From Trypanosoma brucei (taxonomy: Eukaryota), in the NCBI GenBank assembly GCA_000002445.1, contig CM000208.1:1664001-1728000 (forward strand): 64,000 nucleotides of DNA. Direction: 5' to 3'. The notes below the pieces were generated by a model. It was not told the origin of the DNA and made no database searches. It saw only the letters and a program-made list of their open reading frames with translations. This document shows positions 42,091-52,939 of the stretch, in pieces. Numbering within the stretch: position 1 is the first letter of the stretch; each line of letters starts with the position of its first letter. A program made the position numbers and the translations under genes.

Positions 42091-45000
42091 ATGCCTTCAA
42101 CGTCCTCAACAGCAATTTTGGTTGCGCCCAGGGGACCCACTGTGCGTGAGAAGGGTGATCAAATCCCATCATTAGTCGAGCTTCTTTTGGAGTTATCAAG
42201 TTCTGTAAGTGGCGATTTTGCTAGTGGATTCCAACGCGGCTGCCCCGCAGCAGCTTTGGGCACAGGGAACGTAACTTGTGTGAGTGCGGCCCATCCTTCC
42301 TCTACCTCCTCGGATGGTTCGTGGAGTAACTCAGTGCGCGTGCCGCGCAAGCGACGCCGACACGTGCTGGATGCATTCTTCGATACGGCCGCCTGTTGCC
42401 CGACATCGTCGCCCGCGCCCCTTCGCCGCCGCATACGTGAGCTATTCCGTAACGCGAAGCAGAATGTTCTTCACACAGCGAAAACCCACGCCTCCATGCT
42501 GGAGCTGCTTTGCTCTCTAATTGCCCCCTGTGTTGTGCGTAACTGCAGTGCGCCGAATGGAACGGACGATAGGGAGCTTTCGGAAGCAGAATTGATGCTG
42601 TATATCGTCCTTCGGACAAGCATTGCCGCCGCGCCCACGTGGCAGAAACCGCCCGTCGTTCCGCGCTGCTGGTTGTCATCGTCAATAACGGCAATCGTGG
42701 AGCGGTCAGTTGAGATACAACAAGCTCTGTGCTGGTCCTGTGACCCCGACCCCGTCGTGACTGCAGTTTTGGGTATAAATGCTGTTGAACACAGGCGTTT
42801 GGCACTAAGCTCATTTAATTTCTCCCAGTGGTTGAATGATTTGCCCTGTCACGTTGACGGTGTGAGGGGCGCTGCCGCTTCGTCGCCTAGTGAAGGCTCA
42901 AGGTTAACAGGATTCAGTCGTTATAGCAAGACTCACTGCTCTTGGGTTGCGGTGGAGAGTGAAGATGTGCGGCGGCTGTTTGAAAGGAAGCGGACGCACG
43001 TAATGGCTAGCGAGGAAGGGCCGGCAGCCTGCCAGTATGGGTGGTTAATGGAGGGTTCAAGCGCGTGTGGAACATCCCCACTGGATGTCGCTTCCCGTAG
43101 TATTGCAGACGATTTAACCAGTTCGTGTTTTTCGCTGTTCCGTGAGGTTTACCCGTCTCACTCACCCTTCTGTTCCCTCCTGTACGTCGCACTTCACAGG
43201 AGTGTTATTGGGCGGCAGGACCCTTACTTGCTGTTGTCCTTACGGCAAGAAAACTCGGATTACAAAGATTCACCTACGAACTCATTGTCACCTCCATTCA
43301 GGTCTCCACTACTACCGCGCGTGTTTGCTACACCAGGGGCGCCTTCCTCATCCTTTCCCTGCATCACGGTGAGCGCGGAGTTTCTTTGCTCGGTTCGTTG
43401 CAGCAAAGGATGCAAGGATCTGGGGGGTAAGGCTTCTCAGTCGTCAATCACCGACGGCACCGAAGCGTTTGAAGCCGCAAGCACGGTTTGCTCCAGGGGT
43501 GTCATGGCCATGTTGCAGTGGAGTTGTCGCTGTGGAACATTGTTCCTCCGACTCCTTCACCTTTGCGACGTTGCCGAACGTCCGGAGTTTCGAGTGGCCC
43601 TTGGATTGTACGGCAGGAGTGCCATCACCGCCTTACGCAGATTGCTTTTCCATTTGCAGCGCCTCGTGGTGGACATCTCTGAACGACCCGGAGGTCCACG
43701 CGGCGTATCATTTTCGGAGCTAGTGCTGGCGAGTCAACGCCTCCGTCCCGTGGTGGAGGATGTAATAACGCTGAGTGATATCTTTCACGTGCATGCCGAG
43801 GCTGCATGGGATCCCGATACTGCCATTAGGGAAATTTCGTCAGCCACACTACTTTCGGCACTTCATGGGCACTACCAGCGGCGGCTAACAAACAAACTCG
43901 GATGCGGTACCAGTCCTGGCGTCTCACGGGCGCAACCGGACGTTGTTGGGAATGTGTTCATCTCTGTGCTACAGCCACTGCACAAAACGCTGTGGATGTG
44001 GATTTGTAGGGGTGAGTTGCACGACCCCTTCGATGAGTTCTTTGTTGTTGCGTCGGCTGGTGCTCCGGGTTTGAGCTACTCTGTGGATGTCTCACCCCAG
44101 AGACTCCCTAGTTTCATTTCAGTGGAGGCTGCGCACAAAATTCTACATGCCGGCATTAGCCTCCGTGCTCTCCGTATTGCCACGCTTCATATCCAGGAGT
44201 GTGTGGAAAAAAACCAAAGGGGTCAACGGGGGTTGGTTGAGGATGTTGACGCTGCTGCCATGCTTCGGAGTAAGGTGGAAGATGCGGCTCGCATCAAAGG
44301 CTTCCTTCAAGACTTCATGAAGGCGCTTACTGGTTATCAGCGCTCTAAAGAGCTTTTGTCAACCCCAATGGTAGATTTGTTGCTGAAAGAAGGTGAGCTG
44401 CCGTACTGGCACACTTTTTATCGTGCCTGCAGTGGGATATTACTTCCCTCTTGTGGCGACGTGGCGAGCGATGAAGCTAAAAATGATGAACCCGAGAACG
44501 GCACCGCTGGTTGGGAGGGATCTTCTCTGGTGGTGCTCGAGGAGTCCCAACAGCCAGGTGAAGTTGGACCTAGCGGCTCATTTGGATCATCGGACCAAAG
44601 ATCGGTGAGCGTCGTTGGTGTAGAGGTCGTATCAATGAGTGCAAGCGTGTCACACTCGACCGGGGCTGCGTCGCCGCCACAGGGAACAATGTCGGTGGAT
44701 ACAACTTTTGCTACTGGAGCCGTAGGCAAAGGGGAAACGGGTGCGTCAACGACTCAGGCAACGTTGTGTCGTGAGTACGAATTGGGGTTGCTCCACCGCC
44801 AAACGAGGCAGCGGTTACAACAGTGGAAGGCACAGCGACAGTCCCTTAACTTATCTCGTGCCTCCGCCATATCAAGAACCGTTGATGAGCTGGCCGACTT
44901 CTATGAAAATGCGAGAAGGATCGGACCACTACGTTGTGGGGCTCCTGGCAGGTGGACTGAGGAGGAAAGTATCGGGATGGATGAGGGTGCCCCTGACCAC

Positions 45001-47274
45001 AACATACTTTATAGGATCGTGGAGCCCTTGCGACAGGTCCCCCTGATAAACGTCGAAGAGGATGGTGCTGTGGACAACCTTACAATCGCTTCCCCACTCT
45101 GCAACGTCTCCGCTGGCGAAAGTGGTACAGTCTCGGTTTCATGTTCTCTGACATCACTGGGTTGTGCGTCCAAGTCGAGGTTACCGCCCCGACGTAGCAG
45201 CCGCGGTGAAGTTATCGTAGGAGCGTCTTCTACCGGCTTCGGCCACTTGAGTGGATGTGGTTCTGTCCGTGGTGGAGGTGAAGCGGCGGTTGTGGCGGCA
45301 TCCGATCCGTTTGTGCACTCACCGGAGATGTATGTTGTGGCTGATATCAATGATGATGAGTACCTGATGAAACGCGCGGGGCCCCACGTCACCGACACAA
45401 GTGCAGCGGATGAGTTAATTGCTCTTCTTGATGCGAAGGAAGCGACGATTCGAAACTATGATATCTCAAGCGAAGAGTACCAGCGAGGGTGCGAGGCAGC
45501 GGCGCTAGAAATTCTCCGGTCTGTGGAACGGTGTGATGGTGGCAGCGTTGCAGGTGCCGGCCGCATTATCAGCAATGTTTGGTGGACTGACCCAACAGAT
45601 TGTGAAGAAGATGCTGCATATTTACAAAACAGTTATGAGGAAGGCAAAGATGGCCCCACTGTGGCTGACATCCCGTCGTTAAGTGCGTCACCAAACACCG
45701 CAAAGACCCTCACAGAGAGACAGGCAAAAAATTTGCTGCATTGTTCACATTACTATCTTTCACTTGGTCACTTTACAGCAAACTATTTGACGCACAAAGC
45801 AGTCCAAATATTGTTATTGGAGCCTTACGGTATTCTTTACAGGATGACGCGCCAATTTCTTGATGTTTGCCTCTTGCAGAGTAGTCGTGTCGCGGACCGC
45901 ATAACCGGATTGTGGCAGCAGGTGATGCGGGGGTCACTTGAAAAGGGACATTTTAACGCGCTCGGGGCATTGGCGACTTTGAACAATGCCTTTGTGGAAG
46001 AATGGGAGCATTGTGTACCCTACGGGAGCGATACCATACAGCTAAGAGTGGGTCTTGCTCCCGTCGGTGTTGAGAGGAACAGGAAGAGAGCCGTCGACGA
46101 GGTTGAAAGTGAGGTTGAAGGATGTAAGGATGAAGGCACAAGCGGAGAGTTAGTCCTCAGCGGCACAACGTTTCGTAGGCGGGCACGGAATCCATCAACA
46201 TCACGATCCCCAAAAGCTGACCGGAACGAAGAAGGTACCGGCAAAGGAGTGACGTCGGTTTTGGTACCGGATAATCCCTTTGACTTCATTTCCCGACTGT
46301 GTTTGTTCCAGGAGAGAGCAGACGTCAGCTTGTGGCCTATTCCGGAGAATGCAGTGTCTGCGTATGGTGATCTTTTCAGCACCCTGCTTTTCTGGAGCTC
46401 CGTGTCACAACTCATCACACGCGTATGGTGTATCGGCATTAAATCAGATACACCGGAAGTGTTTTTCTTCTGTAATGCATCGCGTTCGGTGCTAAATGCT
46501 GTGTCTCAACACGTATGGTACCTCGTCAGTGGCCGCGCCCGTGAGTACTGGTTGTCACTGAGGTGTGGTTCAAGCACTATTTACGCCTATAGAAGAATAG
46601 AAGATTTCACCACTGGCCACGCTGCCTTCCTGGAATACTGCTCCTTCGCCGCTATGCTAACTCCTATCTTTGCGAGTGCTAGGCGGCATGTGTATGAAAT
46701 GGTTCAACAGTTAGAGGAGGTAGAGCGACTGCTTCTCCTTGTCGTAGAGAGGAGGACGGTTGCACAAACTGCACAGGAAGAACATCTCCAGCCGGATTCC
46801 AACTCCCCTTCTGTGGAGGTGATTGGAAAAGGACAGTCCAACAAGAACAAGCAAAAAGTGAAAAGCAAAAGCAAGAAAACAACAAAGAAGGCTGGTCCAG
46901 TAGCTGATCGTCACTCAGAACCCCAACCTGGAAGTCCGAAGAAACCCAGGGAACGTCTCAAGGAAGGGTCAAAAGCCCCCCATGAAGTGAATACTAAAAC
47001 GTACCCAGTGGATTATCGGCGGAAGGTACGTGATACCATCCGCAGGCGCCTTCGCTCCTTCGCAGAGATGACGGGGGCGCTAATAGAGGGTCTGTGCTTC
47101 GCGCGGGACAGCATTGCAGATACGGGACAGAAGGATGTGAAAGTGACTGAAGATGAGGAGGAAGAGGAAGAGGGACTTCGGGGTAACGCGCAGGCGGTGG
47201 CGCGCGCCACCGCGTTGACATCTCTAATCCGACTGCTGGAGTCGATGTACGCTTCGATAAACAATAGAATTTAG
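42091..47274 (+). CDS. gamma-tubulin complex protein (GCP/Spc97-Spc98 family), large member (GCP5/6-like)
   Basis: GRIP1-type motif 'VLQPLHKTLWMWICRGELHDPFDEFFVV' (L..W...G.L.DP..EFFv) is followed by '...SFISVEAAHKILHAGISLRALR' (P.F....A.KIL..GK.ln.lr). 1727 aa with long low-complexity insertions and a basic, lysine-rich C-terminal region. Confidence 0.6.
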   Translation: MPSTSSTAILVAPRGPTVREKGDQIPSLVELLLELSSSVSGDFASGFQRGCPAAALGTGNVTCVSAAHPSSTSSDGSWSNSVRVPRKRRRHVLDAFFDTAACCPTSSPAPLRRRIRELFRNAKQNVLHTAKTHASMLELLCSLIAPCVVRNCSAPNGTDDRELSEAELMLYIVLRTSIAAAPTWQKPPVVPRCWLSSSITAIVERSVEIQQALCWSCDPDPVVTAVLGINAVEHRRLALSSFNFSQWLNDLPCHVDGVRGAAASSPSEGSRLTGFSRYSKTHCSWVAVESEDVRRLFERKRTHVMASEEGPAACQYGWLMEGSSACGTSPLDVASRSIADDLTSSCFSLFREVYPSHSPFCSLLYVALHRSVIGRQDPYLLLSLRQENSDYKDSPTNSLSPPFRSPLLPRVFATPGAPSSSFPCITVSAEFLCSVRCSKGCKDLGGKASQSSITDGTEAFEAASTVCSRGVMAMLQWSCRCGTLFLRLLHLCDVAERPEFRVALGLYGRSAITALRRLLFHLQRLVVDISERPGGPRGVSFSELVLASQRLRPVVEDVITLSDIFHVHAEAAWDPDTAIREISSATLLSALHGHYQRRLTNKLGCGTSPGVSRAQPDVVGNVFISVLQPLHKTLWMWICRGELHDPFDEFFVVASAGAPGLSYSVDVSPQRLPSFISVEAAHKILHAGISLRALRIATLHIQECVEKNQRGQRGLVEDVDAAAMLRSKVEDAARIKGFLQDFMKALTGYQRSKELLSTPMVDLLLKEGELPYWHTFYRACSGILLPSCGDVASDEAKNDEPENGTAGWEGSSLVVLEESQQPGEVGPSGSFGSSDQRSVSVVGVEVVSMSASVSHSTGAASPPQGTMSVDTTFATGAVGKGETGASTTQATLCREYELGLLHRQTRQRLQQWKAQRQSLNLSRASAISRTVDELADFYENARRIGPLRCGAPGRWTEEESIGMDEGAPDHNILYRIVEPLRQVPLINVEEDGAVDNLTIASPLCNVSAGESGTVSVSCSLTSLGCASKSRLPPRRSSRGEVIVGASSTGFGHLSGCGSVRGGGEAAVVAASDPFVHSPEMYVVADINDDEYLMKRAGPHVTDTSAADELIALLDAKEATIRNYDISSEEYQRGCEAAALEILRSVERCDGGSVAGAGRIISNVWWTDPTDCEEDAAYLQNSYEEGKDGPTVADIPSLSASPNTAKTLTERQAKNLLHCSHYYLSLGHFTANYLTHKAVQILLLEPYGILYRMTRQFLDVCLLQSSRVADRITGLWQQVMRGSLEKGHFNALGALATLNNAFVEEWEHCVPYGSDTIQLRVGLAPVGVERNRKRAVDEVESEVEGCKDEGTSGELVLSGTTFRRRARNPSTSRSPKADRNEEGTGKGVTSVLVPDNPFDFISRLCLFQERADVSLWPIPENAVSAYGDLFSTLLFWSSVSQLITRVWCIGIKSDTPEVFFFCNASRSVLNAVSQHVWYLVSGRAREYWLSLRCGSSTIYAYRRIEDFTTGHAAFLEYCSFAAMLTPIFASARRHVYEMVQQLEEVERLLLLVVERRTVAQTAQEEHLQPDSNSPSVEVIGKGQSNKNKQKVKSKSKKTTKKAGPVADRHSEPQPGSPKKPRERLKEGSKAPHEVNTKTYPVDYRRKVRDTIRRRLRSFAEMTGALIEGLCFARDSIADTGQKDVKVTEDEEEEEEGLRGNAQAVARATALTSLIRLLESMYASINNRI

Positions 47275-47659
47275 TCGCTGAAGATGAACACAGGAAAGGC
47301 TGAAGGAGGATTATTTTCATTCGTCCTTGCTTCGCTGGTCTTCCCATCCAGCCATTGGGGACACATTTTCTGGTCGTTTTGGGGCCTCTTACCAGTTGCC
47401 ATGCACTTTCTTTTTTTTTTTTTCACTGCTGTCTTTTGTCTGCGTTGATTGCTACAGATCATTGTATAGTTCATCTGAGTGAGGTGCCGCGTTTGTTCGT
47501 TTGTTTTCTTGATGGGATGTGTAAAGGGTGTTCCATATCACCTCCCTGAGCCCCTGTTCGTCCAGTGGAAGGGGCTACTCGAAGAATGTGGGTCTTTCTC
47601 TCGATCTTCCATTAAATTATGCCAGCACAATGCCATTGTCATTTTTACTCCCCTTTATT

Positions 47660-47700
47660 CTCTCAGTTCTTTCTTTTTTTTCCCACAGGTAAGTCATTGG
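47660..47700 (+). promoter_or_regulatory. polypyrimidine tract + AG (candidate SL trans-splice acceptor for the DRG gene / polyadenylation guide for the upstream gene)
   Basis: 'tctctcagttctttcttttttttcccacag' lies immediately 5' of the ATG at 47738. Confidence 0.5.
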
Positions 47701-47737
47701 CTCCCGTGATTAGCAGCAAGCTGCCGGGGCGGAGGTC

Positions 47738-48844
47738 ATGTCCAATTTGCAGAAGATAAATGACATCGAGGCAGAGATCGCGCGGACGCAGAAGAACAAA
47801 GCGACGATGGCGCATCTTTGCCAACTGAAGGCCCGTCTTGCACAGCTGAAGCGCGAACTCATCGCCTCTGAGTCAAAGAAAGGAGGCGCAAAGGGTGAAG
47901 GTTTTGATGTGCAGAAGACTGGAGACGCCCGCATCGGTTTCATCGGGTTCCCTTCCGTGGGGAAGTCTACTCTTCTCACTAAACTCACATCCACACATTC
48001 CGAAGTGGCAGCGTACGAGTTCACTACGCTCACTTGTGTGCCCGGTGTTGTGAGCTATCGCGGTGCGAAGCTTCAAATGCTTGATTTACCAGGAATTATT
48101 GAGGGTGCTAAGGATGGTAAAGGTCGAGGTCGACAAGTTATTGCTGTTGCACGTACCTGCTCCCTTATTCTTATTGTGCTTGACATCGCGAAACCGCTTC
48201 AGCACAAACTTATCATTGAGCGTGAGCTTGATGGATTCGGCATCCGCCTGAACAAGAAACCACCCAACATCGATATCCGGAAGAAGGACCGTGGTGGTAT
48301 TAGTATCTCTTCTACATGTCCATTAACCCACCTTGACAATGAAACCATTAAAACGATACTTGGTGAGTATCGCATGAGTAACGCGGACGTTATGTTGCGC
48401 GGGGATTATACGGCAGATGAATTAATTGACGCGATTGAGGGAAACCGTATTTATATTCCTTGTATTTATGTTCTTAACAAAATCGATCAGATCAGTATAG
48501 AGGAGCTTGATATTGTCTCCCGCATCCCACACAACTGCCCCATCAGTGCACACCACTCGTGGAACATCGATGGACTTTTGGAGTGTATATGGGACCACCT
48601 GAACTTCATTCGTCTCTACACGAAACCGCGTGGGCAGGTGCCCGACTACGACGAGCCGGTTATCCTCAAAAAGGCGCCACAACCCACGGTGGAGCGGTTT
48701 TGCCTGCGGTTGCATCGCCAGATGATGAAGAGTTTCAAGCACGCGTGGGTTTGGGGAGCCAGCGTGAAGCATCAACCGCAACGCGTAGGGAAGGACCATC
48801 TTCTTGAGGATGAGGATGTGGTGCAGGTTGTGAAGAAGGTTTAG
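47738..48844 (+). CDS. DRG: developmentally regulated GTP-binding protein (DRG, Obg-like GTPase)
   Basis: '[36 protein letters not shown]' is the DRG N-terminal helix. G1 'GFPSVGKST', G3 'DLPGII', a TGS-like C-terminus, and '[12 protein letters not shown]' is the DRG-specific motif. Confidence 0.9.
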   Translation: MSNLQKINDIEAEIARTQKNKATMAHLCQLKARLAQLKRELIASESKKGGAKGEGFDVQKTGDARIGFIGFPSVGKSTLLTKLTSTHSEVAAYEFTTLTCVPGVVSYRGAKLQMLDLPGIIEGAKDGKGRGRQVIAVARTCSLILIVLDIAKPLQHKLIIERELDGFGIRLNKKPPNIDIRKKDRGGISISSTCPLTHLDNETIKTILGEYRMSNADVMLRGDYTADELIDAIEGNRIYIPCIYVLNKIDQISIEELDIVSRIPHNCPISAHHSWNIDGLLECIWDHLNFIRLYTKPRGQVPDYDEPVILKKAPQPTVERFCLRLHRQMMKSFKHAWVWGASVKHQPQRVGKDHLLEDEDVVQVVKKV

Positions 48845-48990
48845 GAGTTTCATTGGTTGTGTGAATGTGGAGAGGACGGAGGGATAACGAAAGGGCACAG
48901 CGAAGTTGCCATTCGAACTCTGAAGGTACGGAGAGCAAACACTCTTTCTGTTTTATCCCTCCACCTGCTTGTTTACTTGTTTGGGTACTT

Positions 48991-49027
48991 GTCTGTCTGT
49001 CTGTGTGTGTGTGTGTGTGTGTGTGTG
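48991..49027. repeat. (GTCT)n-(GT)n compound microsatellite
   Basis: 'gtctgtctgtctgtgtgtgtgtgtgtgtgtgtgtgtg' ~150 nt 3' of the DRG stop codon. Confidence 0.9.
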
Positions 49028-49794
49028 AAGGCGATGCGTGACTGGAATGTATTTTCCTAAACACTACTCGGTTATTACGGTTACATACAAAATGCTGAAA
49101 AAGAAATATATACATCAACAGGGAAGTAAACAATAATAAAAATAAAGGTGATGAAGGGTGGGAGAAAGAAAAAAAATAGGAGCACTGTCCTCACGAGGCT
49201 AGTTTAGTGCTCTTACCTTTTCTTTCCTTGTTTACGTATTATTCGTGGCTGGTGTAAAAAGAAGTAAAAAAAAGAACAAAGGAAGAGGACAGCAACTGCA
49301 GCTACCCTGCAAGCGAAGGAGCGCATCCGGCATCCCGCGACCGGTGAGTGTGCGCGGGTCGTTGTTTCGTGTTAATGTTTTCATTACTTTAGCCTGGGTT
49401 GAGCCAAATTTCTTTACTTTTTTTCTTTCCTTTTCTTCCCTTTGGTTAGCCCTCCCACGCGCTGGGATCGTTTCGGGGTGTCATTATCGACGCTAACCAT
49501 ACATCGTTCAGTCTCCCGGGAAGTTATAGGTTTTTGAATAGACAAAAAAACATATCAACAGAAGCAAGTGTTTAAAAGAGCAAACAAAAGAAGAGGGTCG
49601 AAAGGTGCTGAGGTGTAAGGAAGATTGTGTGTTTTTTTCACTCTTTTCTTCCGAAATACCATCGTCCCTCTTGTTTTATTTTTAAATATCCAACGGATTT
49701 CAACGCACCGTGTGTGTGCGCGCGTACTGGTGCTATACACGAGCTACATAGATAAACGCCGTGTCGCGCCGCGCTCCGCAATCGACTTTTTAAC

Positions 49795-50589
49795 ATGTTG
49801 CCCCCTCCCCACCCGAGGGAAGATGAAGATTTGACTCGACAAAGACATTCTCCAGCGCATATCATCGTTTTTGTGGGTCCAAGTGGCTGCGGAAAGTCAA
49901 CACTAGCAGATGAGATTATGAAAAGGTGGCCGAACCGGTTCGCCTTTAGTGTCAGTCACACAACTCGCAAGCCGCGTAAGAACGAAGTGAATGGGAAACA
50001 CTACCACTTTGTTTCTAAGGAAAAGTTTCTTCAACTGCTTGCCGACGGTTTGTTTGCCGAGCACAGTAAAAGCTTCACAAAAGCGAAGCGAAACACAAGT
50101 GACGATTGCGGGCCGCGGGGTTCTGGCGCTGAGGAGGACGACGAAGACACAGTCTACTACGGGACCTCAAAGATGGCGCTCCACGATGTTCTTTCCAACG
50201 GACGAATTGTTCTGATGGATACAGACATCAGTGGGGCTATTAAGATAAAGAGATACTGCGATGAGATTAACACACAACTTACGGGCAAGACTGAGCAATC
50301 CGTCGTGCAGTCGAATGCGGGTGTTATACGACGGTTGCAGTTGCACCTTATCTTTGTTAAATGCCCAAACCTGGAGGTGGGGGAGCAACGGTTGCGCAAC
50401 CGGGGAACGGAGACTTTGACGTCGCTTCAACGTCGCTTCCTGTCAAATAGGCAGTGTATTCAGTGGTACAATGCACACACCGGTTTCTTTAACCTCACGT
50501 TGGTTAATGATACACTGGAACGATGTCTAGAAGATCTTTTTTCCTACGTGAGTGGAAAGATACTTTGCTCACCGAGCAGTAAGTTGTGA
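49795..50589 (+). CDS. guanylate kinase
   Basis: P-loop 'VGPSGCGKSTL'. The GMP-binding motif 'SHTTRKPRKNEVNGKHYHFVSKEKF' matches 'S.TTR.PR.GE.nG.dY.FVs...F'. It carries an acidic insertion and a C-terminal extension. Confidence 0.8.
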   Translation: MLPPPHPREDEDLTRQRHSPAHIIVFVGPSGCGKSTLADEIMKRWPNRFAFSVSHTTRKPRKNEVNGKHYHFVSKEKFLQLLADGLFAEHSKSFTKAKRNTSDDCGPRGSGAEEDDEDTVYYGTSKMALHDVLSNGRIVLMDTDISGAIKIKRYCDEINTQLTGKTEQSVVQSNAGVIRRLQLHLIFVKCPNLEVGEQRLRNRGTETLTSLQRRFLSNRQCIQWYNAHTGFFNLTLVNDTLERCLEDLFSYVSGKILCSPSSKL

Positions 50590-51526
50590 ATAGCAAAGGG
50601 GGGAGTGTTTGTTTGTCGTGTTTAGTTGTCTGCGTTGTTATCATGTGGAAGAGTGAGCGAATATCACCTTTGAGGGGAGGGATAACGATGACTCACATTT
50701 CAATATTTCTTATCCGAGTATTCAATGTAATTTCCTGCGAAATGGTGGGTTGGAGGCGGAAACCAATGTCTAATTTTCTTCGTTTAAGACGTAATGATTT
50801 AAGTGGACAGAGGGGAGCGATTGGAGTTTTCGACTATATATATATTATATATATGCTTGTTCGTGTATGTGAGCGTATAAGCACGAGGAATCGTCATAAT
50901 GAGGGTGAAAGCTGGTTACCTAATTCCCATCCCTCCTCTTAATTGTGCATATAAAAATTAACCATGGCGGAGAGGGGTGCCGCATAATGACGTTAATTTC
51001 AATACCGTTGGTTACGGCATCGCTTTGACCCCGTGGCATAGGAGCTTATTTGCCGGACCGTGTTTTAACAATGGGGAGCTGGGGTGTCCACTCAGAAGTT
51101 GGCGGGGTAACAACTTTGCAATCTGCGTATTTCGTATTCTTCCCTCTGGGAGAAGGAAAGAAGGGGCCGTTTGGACTTCTGTTTTTTTTTCTGTATATCC
51201 GCTCTGGTTCGCTGTTGTTCTGCACGCCATGCTTTAAGCCTCGAGGGGCTGTATATTTTTCGCGGTTCATCATTTTCTTGTTTTCATTTTCTCGTCGTTT
51301 TGATTTTTTTTCTACTATCGCCTGCCTCCAAAGAAATCGTGTGAGTGGGCTGTATCCCGTACGTTCCACTTAAGTTTCTTCCCTCTTCATTTTGGATCTC
51401 TTCATATTGCTGTTTGTCCAATACTCTCCTCTTGGCACACATCCATCTCTTCGAACTAGCTGTTCACGTATTACGGTACGTATTCACAAAGTAAAATAAA
51501 ATAAACTACGCAAATTACCCCCGTCT

Positions 51527-52471
51527 ATGGGTTCGACGTCGTCCGCTTGTAGGAGACTGGAAACGGCATGCAGGACCGGTGAGAATGTAGCCGATGCCGT
51601 TGAGGCATTCCGAACGGATCTCCAGGAAAAAATAGAGCAGAATGACGAGCAAGCCAGTGGAGACATGATAAAGGAAGCCATGAAGGAAGCTGTTTTGCCA
51701 CATCGGTGCGATTCTGCTGCATTGGCCGTTGGCGCGGAGTTGCTAAAGTTTCTTGCACACTTCGATCACAAGCGAGACCGAAAAGCACTGGATGCTATTC
51801 ATGAAATGAACGCTGCCTTCATGACTATTCCTGAAAGTGAAATGACGTCGGGGTGGCGCAACGCTCAGGTAAATTTTCTTACCTCAGCGTTTCAGGCATG
51901 GATCCAAGGTGGAGGGCCAATTGTCATACGGGAGGAGTGCAGGGACACCGACATCGAACAAGAAGGAATAGTGTATATAAATGAAGAACTCTGCAGCGTT
52001 TTTCTACGTTTTTCTAGGTGGGATAAAACACTCACTACTGGTAACCGCAGTCACGCCCTGGCTGCTTCGGCCTACAAAATTAGTCACCAATGCGGGACCA
52101 AGCTGGAACTCGTTGCAGCTGCTGTTGAGGAGGTACAAAGCCTACTAAAGGAAGAAGAGAAGCCATTCCTTATCGCTCGCACAGTTTATGGCGTGTTGGC
52201 AGCAACTTCTGAAAACCCGAAAATATCATCGCAGTATGCACTAAAGTTGGCGGGGCAACTGCTGCGGGCGGATGCGTTGACCGCGGGCCCTTCCGCGATT
52301 TCTAGTTTCCTTCACGATATTCTGAAAATACTAGAGATAAAAGCATTGGCGTTGCAGGCAGATCGGGAGGCGGAGCTCTGTAAGGTAGTGGAAGTTCTCT
52401 GTAGGGTATACAAACGGAGCCTCATGTTGTTGGGTGACCTGAATTGGGTTGAACTAGTGAAACAATTTTAA
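51527..52471 (+). CDS. hypothetical protein (N-terminal 'MGSTSSAC' = possible N-myristoylation/palmitoylation site)
   Basis: 314-aa ORF. Gly2 and Ser6 fit the N-myristoyltransferase consensus, with Cys8 nearby. No other motif recognised. Confidence 0.4.
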   Translation: MGSTSSACRRLETACRTGENVADAVEAFRTDLQEKIEQNDEQASGDMIKEAMKEAVLPHRCDSAALAVGAELLKFLAHFDHKRDRKALDAIHEMNAAFMTIPESEMTSGWRNAQVNFLTSAFQAWIQGGGPIVIREECRDTDIEQEGIVYINEELCSVFLRFSRWDKTLTTGNRSHALAASAYKISHQCGTKLELVAAAVEEVQSLLKEEEKPFLIARTVYGVLAATSENPKISSQYALKLAGQLLRADALTAGPSAISSFLHDILKILEIKALALQADREAELCKVVEVLCRVYKRSLMLLGDLNWVELVKQF

Positions 52472-52859
52472 CTGTAGTGTTGAAAATTTGGACAAGTGAG
52501 TTTGATTGTGGAGTTCGCTGTGATACACTCTTCGGAGAGAAGGCAGAGGATAATAGAGCAATTCCACACACTAGGTTGATTTGCCTGTGGTGCAAACTAT
52601 ATGCCGTTGCTTTCTATTGACATTGTTCCCTACGAAGCACAATTTTTTTGTCATTTCTTTATTATCTTTCATGTTTTGCTGCACTTTACTGCTGTCAAGC
52701 TATCGGGGGTTTGAAACTATCCTTTGAGTTGGCCTTAGGTGGGAATATTCGGACTCACCCCACACCTCAAGCGAGGGTCTTGTCCTTCCAGTTGCCTTTT
52801 GGTAACGACAAACGAACATGTGTATCTTGGCGTGAGAGGAGTTCACAGTTATGGATACA

Positions 52860-52935
52860 TTTTTGTTCCACTCATTTTGCTCCTTCCTTCCGTTGTTTTT
52901 ATCGCTGTGGGACTTCCCTAACCCTAACCCTCAAT
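52860..52935 (+). promoter_or_regulatory. polypyrimidine tract, CCCTAA telomere-like motif and AG acceptor immediately upstream of BBS4
   Basis: 'ccactcattttgctccttccttccgttgtttttatcgctgtgggacttCCCTAACCCTAACCCTcaatagGT' is followed by ATG at 52940. Confidence 0.45.
52916..52931. repeat. interstitial telomere-like repeat (CCCTAA)2.5
   Basis: Exact 'ccctaaccctaaccct', 9 nt upstream of the BBS4 start codon. Confidence 0.7.
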
Positions 52936-52939
52936 AGGT

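Noticed and set aside
52916-52931. A true chromosome end or subtelomere.
   Set aside because: Only 2.5 hexamer units, embedded between unique genes (a hypothetical protein and BBS4). It is reported as an interstitial telomere-like motif only.
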